A stretch of DNA of 64,000 nucleotides from positions 1 through 64,000 of IMG/VR virus record IMGVR_UViG_3300017917_002762; one strand, written 5' to 3'. Position 1 is the first letter of the stretch. Each line of letters starts with the position of its first letter. The notes under the pieces were generated by a model, which was not told where the DNA came from, did not search any database, and worked only from the letters and a program-made list of their open reading frames with translations. The position numbers and the translations under genes are program-made. This document shows positions 45,173 through 54,886 of this stretch, in pieces. The DNA is from a virus.

Positions 45173-46185
45173 TGGAAGATTTGATAAAAGAATCAATGTT
45201 TGCAGCTGAGGAAGAATTTTACAATACTCCTTTTTATTTTTCTTATAGCAGTTTAAATAAATTATTATGGAATCCTAGTGTATTTTATTCTATTTACATA
45301 ATGAAAATTAAACCTGAAACAATAGATATGCAGAGTTTAATTAAAGGTAAATTGATTCATTTATTTTTATTAGAGCCTGATAAATTTGAAGATAATTATA
45401 TAATTATTGAAAAAAATTTACCAGCAGATAACATTAAAAATATTATTGATACACTTTATAGTAAACATAAAGTTTATAATGAACAAGGTATTTTAAAATT
45501 TGAACTAGAAGAATATCAAGATGAAATTTTAGAAATTTTAAAAGAAATTAATTTATATCAATCATATAAAACAGATAAACAAAGGATTGATAAAATTATT
45601 ACTGAAGATACTCTTTCTTATTGGTCTTTTTTATTTAAAAAAGAAAATAAACAATTAATTGATCAAGAAACGTATAATTACTGCAATACTGTTGCAAATA
45701 ATTTATTAAAAGATGAAAATTTTGTTGAATTAATTGGATTAAATAAATCTAATGTTTATAATGAACATAATTTAGAATATTTTTTAAAGAATTATGAATT
45801 TGGATTAAAAGGTGTAATTGATAATATTGTAGTTGATCATGATAATAAAACAGTTATTATTAATGATATCAAAACAACTAGTAAAGAATTAAAAGATTTT
45901 TCTGATAGTATAGAATATTATAATTATTGGATGCAAGCTGCTATATACATAATACTAGTTTCTTTTAATTTTAAAGAAATTAATGAATTAAATTACAAAA
46001 TTAATTTTAATTTTGTAGTTATTGATTCATATGGTATGTATTATACATTTAAAGTTAGTGATGCTACTTTAGAAAATTGGTTTAAAAGATTTAATGAAGA
46101 AAGTTTAAAAGCAGCATCTTATCATTTTAATAATAGAAAATATCTTTTACCATATAAATTTTGTACTAATCAAGTAGTATTGTAA
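45172..46185 (+). CDS. PD-(D/E)XK exonuclease (RecE/ExoVIII-like)
   Basis: SYSSLN, GKLIH, LKGVIDNI, INDIKTT and MQAAIY. Confidence 0.85.
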   Translation: MEDLIKESMFAAEEEFYNTPFYFSYSSLNKLLWNPSVFYSIYIMKIKPETIDMQSLIKGKLIHLFLLEPDKFEDNYIIIEKNLPADNIKNIIDTLYSKHKVYNEQGILKFELEEYQDEILEILKEINLYQSYKTDKQRIDKIITEDTLSYWSFLFKKENKQLIDQETYNYCNTVANNLLKDENFVELIGLNKSNVYNEHNLEYFLKNYEFGLKGVIDNIVVDHDNKTVIINDIKTTSKELKDFSDSIEYYNYWMQAAIYIILVSFNFKEINELNYKINFNFVVIDSYGMYYTFKVSDATLENWFKRFNEESLKAASYHFNNRKYLLPYKFCTNQVVL

Positions 46186-46194
46186 ATTAAGGGA

Positions 46195-46734
46195 ATGATA
46201 AAATTATATGACAAATATTTTCAAAAAAGTAAAGTTTTTTTATATCCTTTAACAGGTATGTTAAAAAATAATAGCAGTATTATTTTTCAAACATACATTG
46301 AATGGAATGATGAAATTAATTATAATGATTGTAAATTAATTTGTGTATTTGAAAAATCAAATACAGAATTATATAAAAATTATATAAATTTAATACATAA
46401 AAATAATTTTTTAATTAATCATTATGATTTACCAGATAAAGAAATTTTTATTTTTAATTTAAAAAGTTATAATTCCGATTGGAAACATTTTCTAAATGGT
46501 AAATATTCAAAATTTTCAACTAATACAAAAAGCATTATTAAAAAATATAATAATACTAAATCAGTTAATTTTGAATATATTGATTCTTATATTAATCCTC
46601 ATAAATATTACAATGTTTATTCTGAATTACTTGATGTTTCAGAAGATTTATTAGAATCTACTATTGAACTTTGTGATAAATATGACGCGGATAAAGAAAA
46701 ATTAATTTATAATTTAGAAAATTTGACTGTTTAA
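46195..46734 (+). CDS. Conserved hypothetical protein
   Basis: KYFQKSKVFLYPL...GKYSKFS. Confidence 0.75.
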   Translation: MIKLYDKYFQKSKVFLYPLTGMLKNNSSIIFQTYIEWNDEINYNDCKLICVFEKSNTELYKNYINLIHKNNFLINHYDLPDKEIFIFNLKSYNSDWKHFLNGKYSKFSTNTKSIIKKYNNTKSVNFEYIDSYINPHKYYNVYSELLDVSEDLLESTIELCDKYDADKEKLIYNLENLTV

Positions 46735-46768
46735 AATTTAATTTATATTTTTACAAAAACATAATAAT

Positions 46769-47146
46769 ATGAAAAACATGTTGCTTTATAAAAGTAAGTG
46801 GTCTACAGATACAACAGATCATGATACTTTTAAACTAATTCCTATTAATAAAGAATGTCCTTTTAACGAATGCATTTTTGATCCAGAAACACAAATACTT
46901 GCAGTTGTAGGAATTGAAAAAAAACAATCTTATAGATTTATTCCAAAAATAGATGACAAAGGAAGACCTGTAATTGATAAAAGTACAAATCAGTATATTC
47001 AAGAAAGAAAACTGATGGAAAATTTTTATGAATATTATATTCAAGATATTGAAGATATTACTAATTTTATTGATTTATTTGCAACAAATTCAAAAGAATT
47101 TGATTGGAAATTTTTTATAAAATCAGAAAAAACTTCTGAGTCTTAA
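46769..47146 (+). CDS. Conserved hypothetical protein
   Basis: 125 aa ORF. Confidence 0.75.
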   Translation: MKNMLLYKSKWSTDTTDHDTFKLIPINKECPFNECIFDPETQILAVVGIEKKQSYRFIPKIDDKGRPVIDKSTNQYIQERKLMENFYEYYIQDIEDITNFIDLFATNSKEFDWKFFIKSEKTSES

Positions 47147-47167
47147 AAAAACCAAAGAAAATAATTT

Positions 47168-47198
47168 AAGAGAGTGTAATATATACACTCTCTTTTTT
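47168..47198 (+). terminator. Intrinsic terminator
   Basis: aagagagtgta/tacactctctt followed by a T-run. Confidence 0.75.
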
Positions 47199-47241
47199 AT
47201 TTAACATAAAGGGGAAACAGCTGAACTGAATATAAAAAAAT

Positions 47242-50108
47242 ATGGCAAATCATTATGTACATGATTATGAAACACTTAGCAATTGTTTTATTGGAGTTTT
47301 TTCACATTACACAACAGATGAAATTAAAATTTTTGTTGTTCATAAATTAAAAGATGACTTTAAAGAATTTGTAAAATTCTTAGAAAGTAATGTTGCTAAT
47401 AATGAATGGCATATATCTTATAATGGACTTGCTTTTGATTCACAAATCACTCATTATATATTAGATAATAAAAAAGCTTTATTAAACAATGATGGTGAAA
47501 CTAATGCAAAAATCATTTATAATTATGCTCAAAAAATAATTATAAAACATGACAATAAAGAGTTTTTAGATTATCCTTCATGGAAAATGTCTATTAAGCA
47601 AATAGATTTATTTAAAATGAATCATTGGGATAATCCAGCTAAAAGTAGTAGTCTTAAATGGATTCAGTATAATATGGATTGGGAAAATGTATTAGAAATG
47701 CCTATTCATCATACTAAATCAATAAATACATTAGAAGAAATTGATGAAATAATAACTTATTGTATTAATGATGTTTTATCTACTAAGAAAATTATGAGAT
47801 TGTGTAGAGATCAAATAGCATTAAGACAATCTCTTACTAAAGAATATAATATAGATCTTTATAGTGCATCTGAACCTAGAATATCTAAAGAATTGTTTAG
47901 TTATTTTTTAACTAAAAAATTAGATTGGGAAAAACAGGATTTAAAAAGAATGCGTACTAATAGACATCAAATAATATTAAGTGAATGTATTCTTCCTCAA
48001 ATTAAATTTAAAACACTTACATTTCAAAGTGTGCTAGATTATTTTAAATCTAAAACAATTACTGAAACTAAAGGTGCACTTAATTACAGTATTGAACATA
48101 AAGGTGTTATTACTGATTATGGATTAGGTGGTATTCATGGTGCAGCTAAATCTGGTATATATGAAGCTAAACCAGGTTATACAATTATGACATCAGACGT
48201 AAAACCAGTTGCGTCTTAACTCCATGAATTGCTGGAAACCCTTAAATAAGGGCAATCAGCAGCCAAGTTACAAGTACACTTGTAAAAGGTTCAGAGACTA
48301 CCTGAGCAGTATAGTCTGCTTAATAACAGGAATTAGTTAGGGTTAGTAACCTAATGAAAAAGCGTGGAGCAGTTCTTTGACATTTATAATAACATATTAT
48401 CCTAAAAATTAGGATAAAACGATAATTATTTGTATATTTATTATATGAAAGCAAAATCATGTGATAAAAATAAATCTGGAATATACTTAATTAGAAATTT
48501 AATTAATGGTAAAGTATATATTGGAAAATCTATTAACATTTATGAACGTATAATAGCACATATTTGTGGTTTAACTTCTAAAAGAATTAAAGAAGAAAAT
48601 CTTCATTTTATTGCGGCATGGCATAAATATGGTAGTGAATCATTTGAATATATTGTTTTAGAAGAATGTTTATTTGATAAACTTTCAGAAAGAGAATTAT
48701 ATTGGATGATAAAATATGATTCTATTAATTCAGATAAAGGTTATAATAAAAGATTAGACTCTAAAAGTGGTATGATTCCACATGAAGAAACTAAGCTAAA
48801 ACTAAAAAAAGCCACAACTAATAGATTTAAAAATCCAAATGAAAGAAAAAAAATTGGCGATAAATCTAGAGCTTTTTGGAAAAATAATCCTGACAAAAAA
48901 GAATTAATGGCTTTAAATGTTAAAAAATCCAAACAGAAAAAATATAGATTTTTACAGTTTAATGAAGATGAAAGTTTAGTTAAAATTTATGAAACTGTAG
49001 AAGAAATAATTAAAGAAAACCCAAATTATAAATGGCAAAATATTTATTCCGTATGTAATGGTTATAAAAAACGAATATATGGATATAAATGGAAAAAAGA
49101 ATTGAAGATATAGTCCGACACTTTCAGTAATGAAAGATTACAGTTAAATGAACCAGTTTTTATCCAAATTTAGCTATTAAAAATGGATTTGCACCAGCTC
49201 ATCTTCCTGCTAAAGAATTTTTAGAGCAATATGAATGGTTCTTTGAAGAAAGAAAGCTTATTCCTAAATCTGATCCAAGAAACTATGTATATAAGATTAT
49301 TCTTAATAGTACATATGGATTAAGTAATGATGCTAATAGTTTTCTTTATGATCCTAAATTTACTATGCAAATTACTATTAATGGTCAATTATGGTTATCT
49401 AAATTATATGAAATGATATCTTTAGGAATTCCAGATAGTATTCCATTAATGCAAAACACGGATGGTTTAGAAATGATGATTCCTTCTGATTATAAAGATA
49501 AATATTTTGAAATATGTAGAGAATGGGAAGAAATGACTAATCTTAATTTAGAACATGATGAATATTCTAAACTAATACTTAGAGATGTCAATAATTACAT
49601 CGCGGTTTATAAAAATGGTAAAACTAAATGTAAAGGTTTTTTTGAGTATAAAGATTTAGCTCTACATAAAAATAAAAGTTTTCTTGTTATACCTAAAGCT
49701 GTATATGAGTATTTAGTAAATGGAGTTAAACCTGAAGATTATTTAGAAATTAATAAAAATCTTTATGATTATTGTGGTGCTGTTAAAGCTAAAGGATCGT
49801 GGTTTTTTACAGAAAGATTTGTAAAAGATAATCAATATGTAGATAAATCACTTCAAAAAATTAATAGATATTATATTAGTAATAAAGGAACTAAAATTAT
49901 GAAATGTCATAATGATGGTAGAGAAATTCAAGTAGAAGCAGGAAAATGGATGCAAACAATATGTAATGATATCCAACCATTTTTAAATGTTCCTTTTGAA
50001 AGTCTTGATATTAACAAACAATATTATCTTGATAAAATATATAAAGAAATAGAAAACGTAACAAGTAAAATTTCTAAATCTGGATATGTACAAGGTAATT
50101 TATTTTAA
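47242..50108 (+). CDS. polB: Family B DNA polymerase, join(47242..48200,49151..50108), 638 aa after splicing
   Basis: Exo motifs HDYET, YNGLAFD and YCINDV; the spliced junction restores motif A SDV|TSFYPNL; motif B YKIILNSTYG; motif C NTDG. Confidence 0.93.
48201..49150 (+). mobile_element. Group I intron (950 nt)
   Basis: 5-prime exon ends in T48200 with P1 AGACGT/GCGTCT (U-G wobble); P AATTGCTGGAAA, Q AATCAGCAG, R GTTCAGAGACTA, S AAGATATAGTCC; ends in G49150. Confidence 0.95.
48445..49113 (+). CDS. Intron-encoded GIY-YIG homing endonuclease
   Basis: SGIYLIRNLINGKVYIGKS...EREL.WM...GYN; NUMOD-like tail; located between R and S (P8 loop). Confidence 0.92.
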   Translation: MKAKSCDKNKSGIYLIRNLINGKVYIGKSINIYERIIAHICGLTSKRIKEENLHFIAAWHKYGSESFEYIVLEECLFDKLSERELYWMIKYDSINSDKGYNKRLDSKSGMIPHEETKLKLKKATTNRFKNPNERKKIGDKSRAFWKNNPDKKELMALNVKKSKQKKYRFLQFNEDESLVKIYETVEEIIKENPNYKWQNIYSVCNGYKKRIYGYKWKKELKI

Positions 50109-50119
50109 ATAATTATTAA

Positions 50120-50434
50120 ATGAAAAGAAATAAATGTCCTGCTACAGGAAAAACTATATTTGAAACTCAACAAGTTGCAAATGAAACAATTATAAAAATT
50201 AAAAATCATAATAAAATAAATTTTATTAACAAAAGAAGAAATGGTAAATCAAATCAAAAAAGAAGTTATTTTTGTTCTTATTGTAAAGGATTTCATTTAA
50301 CATCTTTAGAAAAATTTGAAATTAAAAAAAGAAAACCTAATGATAAAGAAATTAATAAAATTAAGTTTTTAAATTCTTTTGATGTAATGAAATGGAAAGA
50401 AAATAGTTTACCTTTTAAAAAAATAAACGAATGA
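50120..50434 (+). CDS. Zn-finger hypothetical protein
   Basis: CPATGK...RSYFCSYCKGFHLTS. Confidence 0.65.
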   Translation: MKRNKCPATGKTIFETQQVANETIIKIKNHNKINFINKRRNGKSNQKRSYFCSYCKGFHLTSLEKFEIKKRKPNDKEINKIKFLNSFDVMKWKENSLPFKKINE

Positions 50435-51204
50435 GTATAATAGCAATTTCAGGTCGTATAGGTTCAGGAAAAGATACTGTAGGTAAAATAATACAGTATC
50501 TTACCTCACCTTGTTCTAAACAAAATTCTAAATATAGAACTTACCAAGAATTTTTAAATAATAATGGAGGTTTTGATGCTAGAAATTTTGATCATCATTA
50601 TCAATCAGAATGGCAAATTAAAAAGTTTGCAGGAAAATTAAAAGAAATAGCATCTATTCTTACAGGAATACCAGAATATAAATTTGAAGATCAAGAATTT
50701 AAAACAACTTATCTTGATGAAAATTGGAATTACTGGTATAAAAATAATCACACTATTATTAAAGAAGGCGAAGCAATAAATGAAGAAATTTTACATCAAA
50801 TGACAGTAAGAGAATTTCTTCAAAAACTTGGTACAGAAGCAATGCGTAATAGATTACATTATAATGTGTGGGTGAATGCTTTGTTTAATGATTATAAAGC
50901 AAAATGGGTTCTTACAGGAGATAGTGTTGCAGAAGAAGATGTTTCTCTTGAAAAAGAATATCCTAACTGGATCATTACAGACATGAGGTTCCCTAATGAA
51001 TTAGAAGCTGTTAAACAAAGAAATGGAATTATAATTAAAGTAATAAGACCAACAGAAAAAAATAAAACTACAGCTCGATTGCATCCTAGTGAAACTAGTT
51101 TAGACAATGTAAACTTTGATTATGAAATTATTAATGATGGAGAAATTGTTGATCTTATTGAAAAAGTTAAAACAATATTAATTACTGAAAAAATAATATC
51201 ATGA
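50431..51204 (+). CDS. Deoxynucleoside monophosphate kinase
   Basis: ISGRIGSGKDT, FAGKLK, REFLQKLGTE and ITDMRFPNE. Confidence 0.9.
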   Translation: MSIIAISGRIGSGKDTVGKIIQYLTSPCSKQNSKYRTYQEFLNNNGGFDARNFDHHYQSEWQIKKFAGKLKEIASILTGIPEYKFEDQEFKTTYLDENWNYWYKNNHTIIKEGEAINEEILHQMTVREFLQKLGTEAMRNRLHYNVWVNALFNDYKAKWVLTGDSVAEEDVSLEKEYPNWIITDMRFPNELEAVKQRNGIIIKVIRPTEKNKTTARLHPSETSLDNVNFDYEIINDGEIVDLIEKVKTILITEKIIS

Positions 51205-51518
51205 TTGAATGTGTTTGTATAAACGATAAAGATAAACCTAAAGAAATTCCTTTAAATGATTGGATTGTTTTAGATGAAAAATATCATATAACTCATATTT
51301 TTTATCATCCTAATCAAGGAATTCAAGGATGTAGTTTATATGAAAAACCATTGGGAGAACATTGTTCTCCTTATGAATCATTTAAATTAAGTAGATTTGC
51401 TATTGATATAAAAGATTTAGAATCTCTTATAGAACTCATTAAAAATTGTACAGAATTAAATGATTTAGATATTAAAGAATTATTAAAATCATCAGAATTA
51501 GAAATAATAGAACAATAA
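51201..51518 (+). CDS. Hypothetical protein
   Basis: 105 aa ORF. Confidence 0.7.
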   Translation: MIECVCINDKDKPKEIPLNDWIVLDEKYHITHIFYHPNQGIQGCSLYEKPLGEHCSPYESFKLSRFAIDIKDLESLIELIKNCTELNDLDIKELLKSSELEIIEQ

Positions 51519-51530
51519 AAATAAATTTAA

Positions 51531-51722
51531 ATGTTAGAATTTAATAAACCAATTCCTGTAATAGTTGAAGAAAATAAAGAAGGATATGCTATATATGTTA
51601 CTAATTCTGGCATGTTTGAAAACGATGTCTGGTGCGTAGTACATTGTGATAGTGGTATTGTAAGACATTACACTAGTAATCAAATAAAAATATTTTATAA
51701 TAGCACTTTTAAAATAAAATAA
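51531..51722 (+). CDS. Hypothetical protein
   Basis: 63 aa ORF. Confidence 0.65.
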   Translation: MLEFNKPIPVIVEENKEGYAIYVTNSGMFENDVWCVVHCDSGIVRHYTSNQIKIFYNSTFKIK

Positions 51723-51727
51723 AAAAA

Positions 51728-52096
51728 ATGAAAAAAATATATTTAGCAATACCTTACAGTGGTATAGAAGACGTTAGTTATAAAACTGCTAATGAAGTAG
51801 CAGCAATACTTATTAGTAAAGGATATTGTGTATTTTCTCCAATATCTCATTCACATTCTATTGCAAATACTGGGAAAGATTTTATTAGTAATGATTATGA
51901 AACATGGATGAAACAAGATAAACAATTTATTCAATGGTGTGATGAATTATTTGTTATAGATATGATTGATGCTAATGGATTAGGTTTAATTTATAAATCA
52001 AAAGGTGTAAAGCAAGAAATTGAATGGGCTGTAGAATTTTCTAAAGAAATAAAAATGATTAAATATAATACACAAACAAAACAATTGGATTTATGA
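51728..52096 (+). CDS. DUF1937 / nucleoside 2-deoxyribosyltransferase-like protein
   Basis: IYLAIPYS...VFSPISHSH...W...CDEL...SKGVKQEIEWA. Confidence 0.7.
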   Translation: MKKIYLAIPYSGIEDVSYKTANEVAAILISKGYCVFSPISHSHSIANTGKDFISNDYETWMKQDKQFIQWCDELFVIDMIDANGLGLIYKSKGVKQEIEWAVEFSKEIKMIKYNTQTKQLDL

Positions 52097-52863
52097 TTTT
52101 ATCAGATAAACAAATACTAGACGAAATTAGCAACAATAATATTATTATTGATAATTTTAATTATGCTCATCTTAATCCTAATAGTGTAGATTTAACTTTA
52201 GCTCCTACAGTTAAAATTTATCCTAGAAAATATGAAACAGTAGATGAAGAAAATCAAGTTCCAGATTGGGCAAAAAAACATGCTGTTAAAAATATAATGG
52301 GATGGACTTATGAATTATTTTTAGATCCTAAAGAAAAACAAGAAACAATTGAATTAACTATTCCTGAAGAAGGTTATGTTCTTTATCCTGGAGAAGTTTA
52401 TTTATATGCTTGTAATGAACGTATAGGATGTAAAAATAACATATGTGCTCAAGTACAAGCTAAATCTAGTTTAGGTAGACTTGGTTTAGATATTGTTATA
52501 GGTCCAGCAGGATTTATTGATACAGGATTTGTAGGTAGTTTAGTATTAGAATTAAGAGCTACAAGACCAATTAAAGTATATCCTAACATGAAAATATGTC
52601 AAGTAAAGTTTGAACGCGTAGAAGGTGATATATTAGAAAGTTATGATAAAAAATCTGGATCTAAATACATGAATCAAGTTGGTGTACAAGAATCATTAAT
52701 GAATCTTAATTTTTTTCAAACACACCCAGCTACATGTGATAGACATAGTACAAATTGTGAAATACATCAAGGTAAAGAAGGTGTGTTAGATGAAAATGGT
52801 GTATGTCCTTGTGGTGATTATAAACAAAAATTTATAAATGAAAATAATAAAACAAAAAACTAA
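52093..52863 (+). CDS. dcd: dCTP deaminase with a Cys/His-rich C-terminal extension
   Basis: NPNSVDLTL, AKSSLGRLG, AGFIDTGF.G.LVLEL, ICQV and KY. Confidence 0.92.
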   Translation: MILSDKQILDEISNNNIIIDNFNYAHLNPNSVDLTLAPTVKIYPRKYETVDEENQVPDWAKKHAVKNIMGWTYELFLDPKEKQETIELTIPEEGYVLYPGEVYLYACNERIGCKNNICAQVQAKSSLGRLGLDIVIGPAGFIDTGFVGSLVLELRATRPIKVYPNMKICQVKFERVEGDILESYDKKSGSKYMNQVGVQESLMNLNFFQTHPATCDRHSTNCEIHQGKEGVLDENGVCPCGDYKQKFINENNKTKN

Positions 52864-53689
52864 AACATTAGTCACAAGAGATAATGGGAGGAGTGCTGAT
52901 TGCATTTCTCCCAATTTTATTTATGGCTGCGCTGGAGGCTGCCTTCAAAGTTATTGTTATATTGCTAGATATAACAATGATAAAATTTATATAAATTCTA
53001 ATACAAATGATATTTTAAATTCTGTAAATAAATGGATTGAAAAACAACCTATTCCTAAAGTTCCTAATCAATGCGATCCTATATATTATACAGTAGATAT
53101 TGGATGTAGTACAGATGTATCTTTAATGTCTAAACATTATAATTGGCAAGAAGTGTTTGATTATTTTAATAATCATATTCATGCTAAATCTACATTTGCT
53201 ACTAAATATCCTACAAGATTTAAAGCTGAAAATTATAATTTAGCTCCAGGTAAACATAGAATTAGAGTAAGCTTAATGCCTCAAAAATATTCAGATGTAT
53301 TAGAACCTAAAACAGATAAAATAATAGATAGAATTAATTGTATTAAACCATTACAAAAACATATGGAAGTGCATATAAATTTTAGTCCTATTATTTATGA
53401 AGAAACATGGCTTCAAGAATATGAAGAATTGTTTAAGCTTCTTAAAACAGAAAATATAGATGTCCCGTGTGAATGTATATTTTTAACATATAATAATATA
53501 CAACATCAAAGAAATTCTGAAGAAGTAAATCAATTATGTTGGAAACCTGATATTCAAGAAGCTAAAGACTCTCAATATGCTCCTGATAACATTAGATATC
53601 AATGGCAACTTAAAAAACAAATGATTGATGAGTTTAAAAATTTGTATAGTAAATATTTTAACATTAAAAACATAAGATATATATTTTAA
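52838..53689 (+). CDS. Spore photoproduct lyase-like radical SAM protein
   Basis: GC...C..SYCY cluster motif, D.G..TD, FATKY, IRVSL.P and VHINFSPII. Confidence 0.75.
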   Translation: MKIIKQKTKTLVTRDNGRSADCISPNFIYGCAGGCLQSYCYIARYNNDKIYINSNTNDILNSVNKWIEKQPIPKVPNQCDPIYYTVDIGCSTDVSLMSKHYNWQEVFDYFNNHIHAKSTFATKYPTRFKAENYNLAPGKHRIRVSLMPQKYSDVLEPKTDKIIDRINCIKPLQKHMEVHINFSPIIYEETWLQEYEELFKLLKTENIDVPCECIFLTYNNIQHQRNSEEVNQLCWKPDIQEAKDSQYAPDNIRYQWQLKKQMIDEFKNLYSKYFNIKNIRYIF

Positions 53690-53690
53690 T

Positions 53691-54077
53691 ATGAAACAAT
53701 ATTATACACCAGAAATTTCAGATATTAGAGTTGGATATGAATGTGAATATAGAGTTGGAGAAAAATATAAATGGAATAAACATATTGTAGAAAATTTACA
53801 TACTGATAGAGAAGGGTATGGAATATCGGAATTAGAAAGTTATTTAAAGGAAGGTAATTTAAGAACTCCCTATCTAACTAAGGAACAAATAGAAGCTGAA
53901 GGATGGGAAAGGTATAAAAAGAATATTGGAAGACTTGAATATTCAATAGTATTTTATAAAAATACTATTGAAATTTATGAAATGGATGAAACAGGGTATA
54001 GAGTATGTAAATATAATGGTAATTGTCCTTCAATAAATGAATTTAGAACTATTTGTAAATTATTAAATATAAAATAA
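53691..54077 (+). CDS. Hypothetical protein
   Basis: YYTPEISDIRVGYECE...RTPYLTKEQIEAEGW. Confidence 0.75.
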   Translation: MKQYYTPEISDIRVGYECEYRVGEKYKWNKHIVENLHTDREGYGISELESYLKEGNLRTPYLTKEQIEAEGWERYKKNIGRLEYSIVFYKNTIEIYEMDETGYRVCKYNGNCPSINEFRTICKLLNIK

Positions 54078-54080
54078 TAT

Positions 54081-54269
54081 ATGACAACTAATCAAAATGA
54101 TTCTTTTCTTAAAATGAATGAAAAAGAATTTAAAAAATTAAAAAAAGAATATCAAACAGCAGTTAGTAACAAAAATGATATATTTTTGTTTCAAAATGTA
54201 GAATTATTAACTAGTTATGCTAAATATTTAATAGAATATTTAGAAATGAATAAACATAAATTTATATGA
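54081..54269 (+). CDS. Hypothetical protein
   Basis: 62 aa ORF. Confidence 0.6.
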   Translation: MTTNQNDSFLKMNEKEFKKLKKEYQTAVSNKNDIFLFQNVELLTSYAKYLIEYLEMNKHKFI

Positions 54270-54709
54270 TTAAAAAATTAAAGGCTTTGTACCTTGATGA
54301 TGAAAGAACACCAAAAAATGATCCTCCTGAAAAATACGAACCTTGGTGTATAGTAAGAAATTATGATCAATTTAAAGAATGGATTGATACAAATGGTATG
54401 CCTGATTATGTATCTTTGGACCATGATTTAGGAGAAGAACATATGCAAGATTATTATAAATATCAATTCAATGGTATTGCTGCTATAAATTATGAAGATT
54501 TTAAAGAAAAAACAGGACTTGATTGTGCTAAGTATATGATACAATATGCTATAGATAATAATGTAAGTTTACCTAAATTAGTAGGCGTGCATAGTCATAA
54601 TCCTTTAGGAGCTTTAAATATTCAATCAATAATTAACAGTTACAAAAAACATTGTAACGAAGAACAAAACTGCTATATTGCAAAAATACCTTTTGAAATT
54701 ATAAAATAA
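54266..54709 (+). CDS. Cyclic-phosphate-processing receiver-domain protein
   Basis: LYLDDERTP...VSLDHDLG...TGLDCAK...VHSHNP.G. Confidence 0.8.
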   Translation: MIKKLKALYLDDERTPKNDPPEKYEPWCIVRNYDQFKEWIDTNGMPDYVSLDHDLGEEHMQDYYKYQFNGIAAINYEDFKEKTGLDCAKYMIQYAIDNNVSLPKLVGVHSHNPLGALNIQSIINSYKKHCNEEQNCYIAKIPFEIIK

Positions 54710-54852
54710 TAAATATGGATTATCAAATTACATTTGCGTTATTAGATGCTTATAAATTATTAATAGGATTAAATTATAAATATAGTAAAGAAGAAAATGT
54801 ATATATTTTTGAATTTGGTTTTATTTTTGGTTATATACAAATTGCATTAAAG

Positions 54853-54886
54853 AAAAAAGAAGAGGAATAAACCTCTTCTTTTTTTT
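54853..54886. terminator. Bidirectional terminator between the early and late arms
   Basis: aagaagagg/cctcttctt stem flanked by A and T runs. Confidence 0.8.

Noticed and set aside
47242-50108. Frameshifted, pseudogenised or two-subunit polymerase
   Set aside because: A complete group I intron with correct splice boundaries restores one continuous reading frame
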